64,000 nt of DNA. It comes from Opitutales bacterium. GTDB taxonomy: Bacteria > Verrucomicrobiota > Verrucomicrobiia > Opitutales > Coraliomargaritaceae. Where the stretch lies: assembly GCA_049598495.1 (NCBI GenBank), contig JBMYNR010000003.1:1-64000 (forward strand), read 5' to 3'. The translations under genes were made by a program, and so were the position numbers. Shown piece by piece: positions 28,213 to 37,927 of this stretch. Within the stretch, counting starts at the first letter, position 1; each line of letters starts with the position of its first letter. The notes beneath the pieces are model-generated. The model worked only from the letters and a program-made list of their open reading frames with translations. It made no database searches and was not told the DNA's origin.

Positions 28213-28872
28213 TTAAAGTGCTTCCGGATCAGTCACAGGCGTCGTCGTCCCAACTCGCCTGAAGATTAGACCGGCTTTAAGAGCCTCCTGGTCATCCTCG
28301 ATTTCAATATCGATGTCGCCACCCGAGTTTGGACGCAGAGTGCCCGCGCGGATTACCAGCCAGTCGTTCTCAAATCCAGTGGCCATCGTGCCATTACTGT
28401 TGAACTCGTAGTAAAAGAAGACTTCGCCGGTCCCCTCGACCCTCGCCACACTTCTCGGGTATTCAATGCTCATCGTATTCCCGGGTGACCAACCACTGCC
28501 CGAGCCACCGGCAGCACTTGCGACTGGATCAAAATAGATGCCTTCAGGGAGATAGATGCCCTGCGTGGCCGCAATCCAGTCGTTATCAATCGCCGTTGAC
28601 GTATCTTCATAGACGATCCCGATAAAGCGGCGATATTTATCCACATTCGCGTCCAAGTCGTTGTGAATGATCAGACGGGTCTTTGCATTCTTGAGAATGG
28701 CTTGCCCCCGTGCCCCCTTGGCCACTCCCGACGTTATGCGCAGGGAACTGCTCAGAGAAGCACTGTCACCACCGCCGCCGATAAAAATAATGGAGGAAGC
28801 AATCAGAATGATACTGATCACGACGAGCAACTCAACCAGCGTGAATGCGTATTGACGACGGATTCGATTCAT
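28213..28872 (-). CDS. Prepilin-type protein (PulH/FimT-like; Verru_Chthon cassette D-like)
   Basis: A-FTLVELLVVISII, AR.QAI. Confidence 0.8.
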   Translation of the reverse strand: MNRIRRQYAFTLVELLVVISIILIASSIIFIGGGGDSASLSSSLRITSGVAKGARGQAILKNAKTRLIIHNDLDANVDKYRRFIGIVYEDTSTAIDNDWIAATQGIYLPEGIYFDPVASAAGGSGSGWSPGNTMSIEYPRSVARVEGTGEVFFYYEFNSNGTMATGFENDWLVIRAGTLRPNSGGDIDIEIEDDQEALKAGLIFRRVGTTTPVTDPEAL

Positions 28873-28892
28873 TTTTTTCGGAAAGAGATGTA

Positions 28893-29483
28893 TTAATCCC
28901 AGAGCGTGTAAGAAGGTGCGGAGATTCCTTCATCGGCATCAACGTAGGCCGTCACTGGGGTGCGAATCGGATTGCTTGGCGGGTTCTGAGTCGGCCTGGG
29001 CTTCACAAATCCATCCCCATCCGTATCAATTTCGATCGAGATGTTTATATTATTGAAGCGATCTGCAATCTGGTCAACAGCAACAACATCCGTGTCGTCG
29101 ATAAAAAACTCTGATTTCGAGAAGCTGTGATAAGATTCCTTCCGGCGATTACCTGTGCTCTTAGCATCCGATGAACTAATGACCGAACCGTCCGGATTCC
29201 GACCTGAGAGCGTCTGAATAAAGGACGTGCTGGATCCCACGCTGTTTAATTCAAAGTTGTCGCTGTCACTCGTGCCGGATACCAACGGATAGTAACCATA
29301 GTCACCCTTAAACATCTGAATGGCGGTCACGTAATTTGACAGCTGCGCTTTCGAAGCGGCAATATTGGCCTGCTTACGAACCGCCCCCACGGTCGGAATC
29401 AGGATCCCGGCAAGGATACCGATGATGGCAATGACCATGAGGAGTTCTATTAGCGTAAAAGCGTGTTTCTTCGTGTTTTTCAT
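28893..29483 (-). CDS. GspG-like major pseudopilin
   Basis: A-FTLIELLMVIAIIGILAG, AI.MFK.DYGYYP. Confidence 0.82.
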   Translation of the reverse strand: MKNTKKHAFTLIELLMVIAIIGILAGILIPTVGAVRKQANIAASKAQLSNYVTAIQMFKGDYGYYPLVSGTSDSDNFELNSVGSSTSFIQTLSGRNPDGSVISSSDAKSTGNRRKESYHSFSKSEFFIDDTDVVAVDQIADRFNNINISIEIDTDGDGFVKPRPTQNPPSNPIRTPVTAYVDADEGISAPSYTLWD

Positions 29484-29489
29484 AAAGAA

Positions 29490-30173
29490 TTATTCTCCTG
29501 CAAAAATGTTATCGATATTCGTATCGGCATCGCGATAGGTCGGCTTGATGACGCCGGTTCTCGGGGACTGTTCAATCTCCGAGTTATCCTCCTCACCGTC
29601 ACCGCCAAGCGAGTAGAGGTGATACCCAAATACCTCCCACTGGTCGGGCGCATCATCCCACTTATACCAATACTTATAGGGATTGCCCCAAGGGTCGAGG
29701 AGAGCAATTGGCTGCCCTGCCCCATTTTCTTGGACATAAAAACGACTTGGGTCGATGAACTTGGGATTCTTCGCAACCTTCGAGTCATCCAGATCGTCAC
29801 TGATCTTGACTGCCGTCATCCTTGTCGAGCCGGGATTTCCAGGCACGGGCTCTTGCCGCAGTACTAGACGTCCCGTAAGGGCGTAGAGCAACATCTGGTT
29901 CGTATCGTCGACGCCTCCGGAGCCCCAAGACCCACCTGACTGGTGCCACGGGTAGTCCCCATAGCGGGATTTGAACTGCTCAATCGCCTGGGCGAGCGTG
30001 GCCAGCTCGGCCTTTGCCTGAGCACGGGCTTGAGCGTTCTGGACGCCGCGGGAAATCCCGAAAGTAATCCCAGCAAGAATCAGAATGACGGCAATGACCA
30101 TCAATAGTTCGATTAGAGTGAAACCAGCTTGCCGACGTTTACGCACCGGCTCGATTGGGGATGAGTCTATCAT
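29490..30173 (-). CDS. GspG-like major pseudopilin
   Basis: G-FTLIELLMVIA, FKSRYGDYP, DPWGNPY, LYSLGGDG; start reset to 30173. Confidence 0.85.
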   Translation of the reverse strand: MIDSSPIEPVRKRRQAGFTLIELLMVIAVILILAGITFGISRGVQNAQARAQAKAELATLAQAIEQFKSRYGDYPWHQSGGSWGSGGVDDTNQMLLYALTGRLVLRQEPVPGNPGSTRMTAVKISDDLDDSKVAKNPKFIDPSRFYVQENGAGQPIALLDPWGNPYKYWYKWDDAPDQWEVFGYHLYSLGGDGEEDNSEIEQSPRTGVIKPTYRDADTNIDNIFAGE

Positions 30174-30442
30174 GGGGAAGTAAGTAGAACCCAGCATGGG
30201 CTGGATCGGAGATGAAACATCGCCCGCATCACTCCTACTGTCAACACTGAGGTGGGTGTGCTGATTGGCATGGGGTGCAATTTCGATAGGTAGCATTCTA
30301 AGGGATGCAATCCGAGATAGGCCACATTCGGAGCCAGACTCCCGTCTGGCTCAGAGCTCTTTCTTCATCGAGATCACATTCTCCTACGCGATGCAATTAC
30401 ACCCATTGCGTGGGTGTTATCATATTTGTTGTCAGATGTTTT

Positions 30443-30507
30443 CAAGTAGCACAGGCATCCTGCCTGTGGCCAATGCAGAAACACAGGCAGGATGCCTGTG
30501 CTACTTG
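30443..30507. repeat. GTAG-type REP doublet, 26-bp perfect inverted repeat
   Basis: CAAGTAGCACAGGCATCCTGCCTGTG / CACAGGCAGGATGCCTGTGCTACTTG with a 13-bp spacer. Confidence 0.9.
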
Positions 30508-30578
30508 GGACAATTTTTCTGATTACGCCCGATCAGTAAAGTAGCCAACCTCGCTCTCTAGATTTCAAACATGCGCCC

Positions 30579-30657
30579 GTTCGAGTCGCGCCTTCAGGCG
30601 CTTAGGTCTGAAAGGCTCGGGATGCGCGACCGCCTAAAGGCGGAACTCCAACCCTTA
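30579..30657. repeat. REP-like doublet of the 4452/8404 family
   Basis: TTCGAGTCGCGCCTTCAGGCGC ... CCGCCTAAAGGCGGAACTCCAACCCTTA. Confidence 0.75.
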
Positions 30658-30756
30658 CCCCCGCTCCTCACATTTGTAATCTTAGTCCGAGTGCGTCGGC
30701 TTCTTTTCTAATTTGATTGGACTTCAAAGGCGAGTTGCCCTCATTCTCCTTCCCTT

Positions 30757-31242
30757 ATGAAAATCGGCATTTACCCGGGGTCTTTTGATCCGATTACCAA
30801 TGGGCATCTCGACGTCATCAATCGAGCCCGCCATATCTTTGACAAGGTAATTGTTGCTGTCGCTCGAAACGCGGCCAAAGAGCCTCTCTTCAGCAGCGAG
30901 GAGCGCGTTCGCTTGATCGAGGAGAACCTGGTGGACCGGCCGAACATCTCAGTCATGGCATTCGATGGCTTGATTGTCGATCTGGCCAGGAAGACCAAAG
31001 CCGTTGCACTCATTCGAGGGCTTCGTGCTGTATCGGACTTTGAGCACGAATTTCAGATGGCACAGATGAATCGCCATCTCGATGAATCAATCGAGACGAT
31101 TTTTTTGATGCCGAACGAGCAATATTTCTTCACGAGCTCCAACCTGGTCAAACAGGTTTTCAAGTTTACGAATCGAGAGCGCCATTTGATTCCGGAAAAT
31201 GTACATGAGGCGATGTCGAAGAAATTCGGACACGAAAAGTGA
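30757..31242 (+). CDS. coaD: Phosphopantetheine adenylyltransferase
   Basis: [26 protein letters not shown]. Confidence 0.97.
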   Translation: MKIGIYPGSFDPITNGHLDVINRARHIFDKVIVAVARNAAKEPLFSSEERVRLIEENLVDRPNISVMAFDGLIVDLARKTKAVALIRGLRAVSDFEHEFQMAQMNRHLDESIETIFLMPNEQYFFTSSNLVKQVFKFTNRERHLIPENVHEAMSKKFGHEK

Positions 31243-31298
31243 GATATGGGATATGGGATATGGGATATGGGATATGGGATATGGGATATGGGATATGG
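31243..31298. repeat. Perfect tandem heptamer (GATATGG) x8
   Basis: Directly visible, beginning right after the coaD stop. Confidence 0.97.
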
Positions 31299-31415
31299 GA
31301 GAAGATAACTCAGTCTGAACCAGATGCTAATCACGAAATGAATGCCCATTAACGCTTATTAAAGGTTTACAAAAATTTCCTTCTGCCCGACTCATGTGGT
31401 TGGAGCCAATCATAC

Positions 31416-32759
31416 ATGACCGACGACACTGAGACCTCCGAAAACAAGGCTAGCCGCAGCCGCTTGGGTGTGATTTTCCTGACACTTTTTCTGGATCTGG
31501 TCGGGTTCTCTATCATTTTTCCGCTCTTCCCGGCCATGCTGGACTACTACCTGCCCGGCGGATCCGGCACGGATAGTCTGCTCGGACAAATCATCCGCCC
31601 GATCGCTGACTGGGCCGAGCGCAGCGGCGCAGAGGATCCACGCTTGATGACAGCTGTGCTCTTTGGCGGAATCCTTGGCTCGCTCTATTCGATTCTCCAA
31701 TTCATCTGCGCGCCTCTATGGGGTGCTTATTCAGACCGGGTGGGACGTCGCAAAGTCCTCTTAATCACGATCACCGGCATGGCGCTGAGCTATGTAGCCT
31801 GGTTTTTCTCCGCGTCCTTTTGGATGCTTGTCCTGGCACGGATAGTCGGCGGGGCCATGGGCGGCAATCTCTCTGTGGCGACCGCAGCCGTCGCAGATTC
31901 CACCACTCGAGAGAAACGCTCGGGCGGGCTCGCCATCGTTGGGATTGCCTTCGGTCTCGGCTTCATCGTGGGACCTGCTGTAGGCGGTCTATTCGCGAAG
32001 ATCGACCTAACTGCCATCGCGCCCGCCCTAGGGAACTATGGAGTCAACCCGTTTTCGGCTCCGGCTCTGGTCAGCTTCGTCTTGAGCGTCATTAATCTGC
32101 TATGGGTATTCCGTTGTTTCGAGGAGACACTACCCGAATCCAAGCGCGGCGAGACAGCCTCGAAGCGCAAGGGCATCCCGGTTTTTCATCTCTTCCAATC
32201 CCCCGAAGCGGCAACCCGACGAACCAACCTCGTCTACCTGATCTACATGCTGGCTTTCAGCGGCATGGAGTTCACGCTGACCTTCCTTGCCGTTGAGCGC
32301 TTCGCATTCTCGCCCGCACAGAACGGAGGCATGTTCGTCTTCATCGGGTTCATCCTAATTGTCGTGCAGGGGGGCATTGTGCGCCGACTAGCCACACCGG
32401 TCGGCGAAAAACGGCTGGCACTCGCAGGGCTTAGCTGTGGCATCGCAGCCTTTCTTGCTCTCGCCATTGCCAATCAGCTCGGCCCATTCTTTGGCGCGCT
32501 CGCATTGATGGCTTTCTCTATCGGCTTGGTCTCTCCGACAATGAGCGCATTGGTATCACTCTACTCAACCGAGGCGGACCAAGGTGCCAACCTGGGCGTA
32601 TTCCGATCGGCCGGCTCCCTGGCTCGTGCTATCGGCCCCTTGGTGGCGGCCTTCGTCTATTTTGTGTATGGCTCGCAGAGCGCCTATTTGTTTGGCGCAC
32701 TCGTCATCATTATACCACTGGGCATGGCCCTTTCGTTGCCGAAGCCGAACAAGGGCTAG
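31416..32759 (+). CDS. MFS efflux transporter (TetA/DHA1-like)
   Basis: [34 protein letters not shown]. Confidence 0.9.
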   Translation: MTDDTETSENKASRSRLGVIFLTLFLDLVGFSIIFPLFPAMLDYYLPGGSGTDSLLGQIIRPIADWAERSGAEDPRLMTAVLFGGILGSLYSILQFICAPLWGAYSDRVGRRKVLLITITGMALSYVAWFFSASFWMLVLARIVGGAMGGNLSVATAAVADSTTREKRSGGLAIVGIAFGLGFIVGPAVGGLFAKIDLTAIAPALGNYGVNPFSAPALVSFVLSVINLLWVFRCFEETLPESKRGETASKRKGIPVFHLFQSPEAATRRTNLVYLIYMLAFSGMEFTLTFLAVERFAFSPAQNGGMFVFIGFILIVVQGGIVRRLATPVGEKRLALAGLSCGIAAFLALAIANQLGPFFGALALMAFSIGLVSPTMSALVSLYSTEADQGANLGVFRSAGSLARAIGPLVAAFVYFVYGSQSAYLFGALVIIIPLGMALSLPKPNKG

Positions 32760-32877
32760 AACGACTCTCTACTCTCTGGATCAACTCAGGTGTCGCCACG
32801 GCACTCTGTTGCCGTGCCACAGCCCACGACGCCTCAACAGAGTGAGGCGGCTACATCCACCAGACCAATTGTGCACC

Positions 32878-33135
32878 CTACTCGCCTTCGCGGGCCTTGG
32901 CGACATTGACAACCAAAGCGCGACCGGCGACTTCCTGTCCGTCCAGTTGACGGATGGCCTCTTCGCCCGCGGCCTCGTCCGCCATGGAGACAAAGCCAAA
33001 ACCGCGCGGACGGCCCCCACCAGGACGCGTCACAATGACGGAATCTTCGACCTCCCCGATCTGACTGAAAATTTCGCGCAGATCGTCTGCAGTGGCATCG
33101 AAAGAAAGGTTACCTACGTAGAGTCGGACGGACAT
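32878..33135 (-). CDS. RRM-type RNA-binding protein
   Basis: RNP2 LYVGNL, RNP1 RGFGFVSM; start reset to 33135. Confidence 0.92.
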   Translation of the reverse strand: MSVRLYVGNLSFDATADDLREIFSQIGEVEDSVIVTRPGGGRPRGFGFVSMADEAAGEEAIRQLDGQEVAGRALVVNVAKAREGE

Positions 33136-33276
33136 GTTATTGGATGAAAGATGGTGGGTGAATGATAGCGGAGCTGATGATAGAAGTCGATGATGCGGCG
33201 CGCTGTCCACCTTTTATTATGAATTTGAACCATTCGGATTTGCCAAGCTGACAGTGTCAGGTTTGCGTGGTCTAAG

Positions 33277-35043
33277 GTGAGTGAAGCAACCGACAGCTCG
33301 AAAAATACGATTCGGCGGGTCTCCGCCTACCTGTTTCGCTATAAAGCATTGTTCTGGACCACAATCGCTCTGGCCTCAGGCGCTACGATATTGGAGATCA
33401 CCGTTCCCATGTTCGTCAAGGGCATCCTTGACAACCTCAGCACAACCCAAGATCCCTCCGTGCTAACCAAAGGTGTCTTCCTGATCGGCATCTTTCTGGT
33501 CGGCAGCGAGTTGCTCAATCGCTCACGGATCCGGGTTAATAATACGCTCGAGCAGAGGGTTTTGCTCGAAATGCGCCGCGATCTCCACACAAAGCTACTA
33601 CGGTTACCCGTCTCGTTTTATGATCAGCGTAAGAGCGGCGAAATTTCATCGCGGGTGATCGAGGATGTGGCCGCGGTGGAGCGGGCTTTACTCGACGGCA
33701 CGGAACAGGGCACGAGCGCTGCCATTCGAATCATTCTGATCAGCGCCTACCTATTTTACCTGCAACCCTTCCTCGCATGCTTCGTCTTTCTGCCCGTTCC
33801 CTTGCTCCTAGTTGTAGGAATACTCTACTCCAAAAATTCACGGATCATCTGGAAAGACGTCCGTAAGAGTGCTGGAGACCTAAACAGTTTACTCGTAGAG
33901 GATATTCAAGGCAATCGCCTAATCCAGACCTTCGGCCTTCAAGACCGCGAGTCGGGCCGCTTCGAAGACAAGGCGGAGACCCTCCGCGCCAAGACCCTCC
34001 GCGCGATGTTCCGCTGGGCGAATTACCACCCCTTCACCAATCTCGTGACGAAGTTCGGCTTTCTCAGCATCGTAGGGATCGGCGGCTATCTCGTGCTTCA
34101 GGACAGCGCTGATTTTACAATGGGCAAGCTGGTCGCCTTTTTCCTCCTCTCCAACATGCTCTACCAGCCGATCTCGCAGCTTCACGGTTTGAACCACTTG
34201 ATCGCAGCGGGCCGCTCGTCGGGAGAACGGGTCTTCGAGATTCTCGATGCGCAGGTTGATGTCGATGAACCAGAGGCACCTAAGCCGCTGCCGAATGTGC
34301 CCATTACGGTCACCTTCGAAAATGTCGGTTTCCAATACCCTGAGCGCCCCGCGATTATTGAGTCTTTTGATCTAACACTGGAGGCCAACAAGGTGACCGC
34401 ACTGGTCGGACACACGGGCGCAGGAAAATCGACGGTCGCCAATTTGGCGATGCGCACTTACGACGCCAACTCGGGAATTGTCCGGCTTTCAGGGCTGGAC
34501 ATTCGGGATATTAAACTCGGTGAACTTCACGACAAAGTCGGGCACGTCGCCCAGGATCCTTTTCTCTTCGAGGGAAGTGTGCGCGACAACATGACACTGG
34601 CAAGCACTGAAGCTAGCGAGGATGCCATCATCGAAGCCCTTCGGCAGGCCTGCGCATGGGAGTTCGTCGACGCCCTACCCGACGGGCTCGACACCAATAT
34701 CGGCGAGAAAGGAATTCGCCTGAGCCAAGGGGAAAAACAACGGCTTACAATCGCTCGGGTCCTCCTCAAGAATCCTCCGTTTGTTATTCTCGACGAAGCT
34801 ACGGCAAGCGTCGACACCATCACCGAACGCAAGATACAGGAAGCCCTCGACCGTCTCGTGGAAGAGCGAACGGTATTAGTTATTGCCCACCGTCTTTCGA
34901 CCGTGCGGCGTGCCGACAAGATTGTCGTCATGGAGAAAGGCAGGATTATCGAGATCGGCTCCCACCAGGAGCTAATCGCCCTCGGCGGCCACTATGCGGA
35001 TCTCTGGCAACATCAAAGTGACATGATCCCGGAGTATTCCTAG
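33277..35043 (+). CDS. ABC exporter, fused TMD-NBD (MsbA-like)
   Basis: GHTGAGKST, LSQGEKQR, ILDEAT, IAHRLST. Confidence 0.93.
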   Translation: MSEATDSSKNTIRRVSAYLFRYKALFWTTIALASGATILEITVPMFVKGILDNLSTTQDPSVLTKGVFLIGIFLVGSELLNRSRIRVNNTLEQRVLLEMRRDLHTKLLRLPVSFYDQRKSGEISSRVIEDVAAVERALLDGTEQGTSAAIRIILISAYLFYLQPFLACFVFLPVPLLLVVGILYSKNSRIIWKDVRKSAGDLNSLLVEDIQGNRLIQTFGLQDRESGRFEDKAETLRAKTLRAMFRWANYHPFTNLVTKFGFLSIVGIGGYLVLQDSADFTMGKLVAFFLLSNMLYQPISQLHGLNHLIAAGRSSGERVFEILDAQVDVDEPEAPKPLPNVPITVTFENVGFQYPERPAIIESFDLTLEANKVTALVGHTGAGKSTVANLAMRTYDANSGIVRLSGLDIRDIKLGELHDKVGHVAQDPFLFEGSVRDNMTLASTEASEDAIIEALRQACAWEFVDALPDGLDTNIGEKGIRLSQGEKQRLTIARVLLKNPPFVILDEATASVDTITERKIQEALDRLVEERTVLVIAHRLSTVRRADKIVVMEKGRIIEIGSHQELIALGGHYADLWQHQSDMIPEYS

Positions 35044-35268
35044 GGGGGAAGCCAGAAGCCATTCAGCTAATTTCACAGGACCGAGCCACCAAGTGAATTC
35101 CTTCTACATCCTGAATTCTTTTGGCTGACTACTTAGCCGATAAACCCTTGACCGACATTTCTAGGCTCAGCTAAATTTCTTATTTATCGGCATAAGCGGA
35201 GATACGGGTAAAACTGGATTATATCTTGCTTATATCAACCTTAAGCTTATTTAAAGCGGCACTCATAC

Positions 35269-35574
35269 ATGAGCACACCAGAAACAAGCGACAGCAGCGA
35301 GATCCTAACCAGGGAGCTCGTGGTGCAGAACAAGATGGGCATCCACGCCCGTCCGGCAGCTATGATCGTACGCATTGCTAATACCTTCAGTGGTGAAGTG
35401 TGGGTTGAAAAGGATGGTGAGCAGGTAAACGGTAAGAGCATCATGGGGCTCATGATGTTGGCCGCCGGAAGGAACTCGCGGCTACTCTTCCGCGCTGAAG
35501 GTGAATCCGGTGACGGAGCGCGCATGCTGGAAGAAATCGGTGCACTCTTCGATCGTCGCTTCGAGGAAGTTTAA
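35269..35574 (+). CDS. ptsH: Phosphocarrier protein HPr
   Basis: GIHARPAA (His15), NGKSIMGLM (Ser46). Confidence 0.95.
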   Translation: MSTPETSDSSEILTRELVVQNKMGIHARPAAMIVRIANTFSGEVWVEKDGEQVNGKSIMGLMMLAAGRNSRLLFRAEGESGDGARMLEEIGALFDRRFEEV

Positions 35575-35627
35575 GCGGCAGGTTACTTTCATCTTCACAA
35601 GGTCTAGAAACCAACTATTTACGAACC

Positions 35628-36509
35628 ATGCGAAGTATGACTGGTTTTGGACGCGGCTCTGCTGAGGTGACCGACCTCGGGGCGCGCATTCTTGTCGAAA
35701 TTCACTCTGTCAACAGAAAGACCCTTGATATCCAAATCAGCGCCCCTCGGGAGTGGAGCGGCTACGAGCCAAGCTGCAAGGGCTGGCTGGGCGGCAGCTT
35801 TCAGCGAGGCCGCGTGAACATACAGATCAACGTCGAATCAAGTGCGGGCGAAGGAGACGGCTTGCTGTTAAACGCCGAAGCCATGACGCACAGTATCCAG
35901 CAACTAAGAGCGTTTGCCGAGGCCGAGGGTCTGGAATTCTCCCCGGACAGCCATTTCCTTCTGGATCTGGCCCGCTCGCTCAAAGACAGCTCGGGCCTAC
36001 CCGACTGGACCGAACTGGAGATCCCCCTCGAGGAAGCTTTCCGAGCAGCCATGGCTGACATCACATCGATGCGAACAAGTGAAGGCAGTGCGCTCGCAGC
36101 GGATTTGCGGAACCGAATCAACGAGATGGATGCGCTTCGTAAGCAAATCGAGATCCTCGCAGCTGGTAGCACCGCGTGTTACCGCGACGCCCTCCTGGAG
36201 CGGCTCAAGCAACTTGGACTTGAACTCGATCCGTCCGACGAGCGGGTCCTCAAGGAAATCGCCATTTTTGCGGACCGCTCCGACATCAGCGAAGAGACCA
36301 CACGCTTAGCCTGTCACTTCGAGCAATTTCTGAGCTTCCTCGATAGTGACGAAGCGACCGGGAGAAAGATGGATTTTCTCTGCCAGGAAATTCACCGTGA
36401 GTTCAATACGACCGGCAGCAAGTCGAATGATATTGAAATCACCCGACTCGTAATCGAGGGGAAAAACGCCCTCGAGCGTATCCGCGAACAAGTGCAGAAT
36501 ATCGAATAG
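35628..36509 (+). CDS. yicC: YicC/YloC-family endoribonuclease
   Basis: [47 protein letters not shown]. Confidence 0.93.
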   Translation: MRSMTGFGRGSAEVTDLGARILVEIHSVNRKTLDIQISAPREWSGYEPSCKGWLGGSFQRGRVNIQINVESSAGEGDGLLLNAEAMTHSIQQLRAFAEAEGLEFSPDSHFLLDLARSLKDSSGLPDWTELEIPLEEAFRAAMADITSMRTSEGSALAADLRNRINEMDALRKQIEILAAGSTACYRDALLERLKQLGLELDPSDERVLKEIAIFADRSDISEETTRLACHFEQFLSFLDSDEATGRKMDFLCQEIHREFNTTGSKSNDIEITRLVIEGKNALERIREQVQNIE

Positions 36510-36636
36510 ATTGCTGACGTTCAATCACTCAATCGGATTTTTAGGCGTCCCTGCTCTGATAGCCTATTCATTCTACCCCGAAACACCGCAATACCTCTGG
36601 GAACTGATACCGATTCGATGAAAGTATGTCCTAATC

Positions 36637-36942
36637 CTAAAGCCTATTGCTTTTGGTAGATACAATCAACTCGTCACGGTGGGCTCTGAAATCCTGAGCG
36701 AGGATCTTCCGGCATTGAGACTCGGCTGCCCCTGGCAGGTGGTCTATAATTATTGGCCAGGTCAAAATGAGTAATGCCTAAGTCGAAAGCGGTATGAAGC
36801 ATCGCGCGGGCATTCTCGAAATCATCGAAGTCTCCAAAGTTGTGCCAAAGACCCAGGGACAGCTTGGGAAGTTCTAGACCACTGCTCCACAGCGAGTATA
36901 CCGCATCGACGCATATCGTTCGGTATTCGGGGAGTATGTCAT
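36637..36942 (-). pseudogene. 5' remnant of an aldo-keto reductase (YghZ/Gpr-like)
   Basis: MTYSPNTERYASMRYTRCG / SGLELPKLSLGLWHNFG...GITHFDLANNY / AAE..RKILAQDFRAHRDELIVSTK split by two frameshifts, then a stop. Confidence 0.85.
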
Positions 36943-36945
36943 AGT

Positions 36946-37902
36946 CTATTCGAACCTCGGAGGCAAGTCGAGCGCGTGACAGGCCGCACGCATCATTACG
37001 TGCGCATCCACATCCGTGTGAGACCAAATCTCCAGAGAACGTGCACCCTGATGCACCAGCATCGATAGACCGTTCGCGGTTCGTAAGCCGTGGGCCTGGG
37101 CTTCTTGCAGGAGACGTGTCGCTTCGGGATTGTAAATCATATCATAAACAACCCAGTCGGGGGGCAGCAGACCTGTATCAAAGGGTGCCGGGTCGTTAGC
37201 CTTGAGACCCAGCGAAGTCGCATTGATAAGGATGCCCGACTCGGGGAGATCGGCCGGCACCTGCCCCTTAAGAGAAAAAGCCTCCGCGCGCTCACCACCC
37301 GGCATCGCCTGCACAACCGTCATCAATTCGTCCAAACGGGAAACCGTGCGATTGCCGACATAGAGCTTCTCACAACCTTCCAGAATACACTGGACTGCTG
37401 CGGCCCGAGCAGCCCCACCGGAACCGAGCAGGATGATGGTCGCATCCTTGAGTTCGACTCCGAGATCCTCGGACAAGCCCGCTTTCAGGCCATAGCCGTC
37501 TGTATTAAAACCATCGTAACCGTGCTCGCCCCAGACAAGTGTGTTGCATGCCCCCATCCGCTCCGCGTCCGGCGATACACCACAGATCAAATCCATTGCC
37601 TGGACCTTATGAGGAATGGTTAGGTTGAGACCTAAAAAGTTGTTCTTATAAAAGAGCGGGATCGCCGCCTCAAAATCCTCAGGGGCGATATCGAAGCGAT
37701 AGTATGACCAGTCTGTAAAGCGTGAGTCTTGAGCGCTTAATTGCTCGATCGCCGCATTGTGCATCGCGGGGCTCACGGAATGCGCAATCGGATGCCCGAT
37801 GACGGCCAGCGGAGTGCCGTCAAATCGACCACTCTTCAGATCGTCGAGCGTGTAGGTGAAATGAATATCCACGTAAGGCAATGAACGCATTTTACCCCTC
37901 AC
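36946..37902 (-). CDS. aroE: Shikimate dehydrogenase
   Basis: GHPIAHSVSP.MHN, GLNLTIPHK, NTDG.G, GSGGAARA, DMIYNP; start may be 37872. Confidence 0.95.
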   Translation of the reverse strand: MRGKMRSLPYVDIHFTYTLDDLKSGRFDGTPLAVIGHPIAHSVSPAMHNAAIEQLSAQDSRFTDWSYYRFDIAPEDFEAAIPLFYKNNFLGLNLTIPHKVQAMDLICGVSPDAERMGACNTLVWGEHGYDGFNTDGYGLKAGLSEDLGVELKDATIILLGSGGAARAAAVQCILEGCEKLYVGNRTVSRLDELMTVVQAMPGGERAEAFSLKGQVPADLPESGILINATSLGLKANDPAPFDTGLLPPDWVVYDMIYNPEATRLLQEAQAHGLRTANGLSMLVHQGARSLEIWSHTDVDAHVMMRAACHALDLPPRFE

Positions 37903-37927
37903 GCGACAACCCTAAAGAAAACGCGTC

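Noticed and set aside
31053..31349. ORF with PYPISHI repeats
   Set aside because: Translation artefact of the GATATGG microsatellite, antisense to coaD
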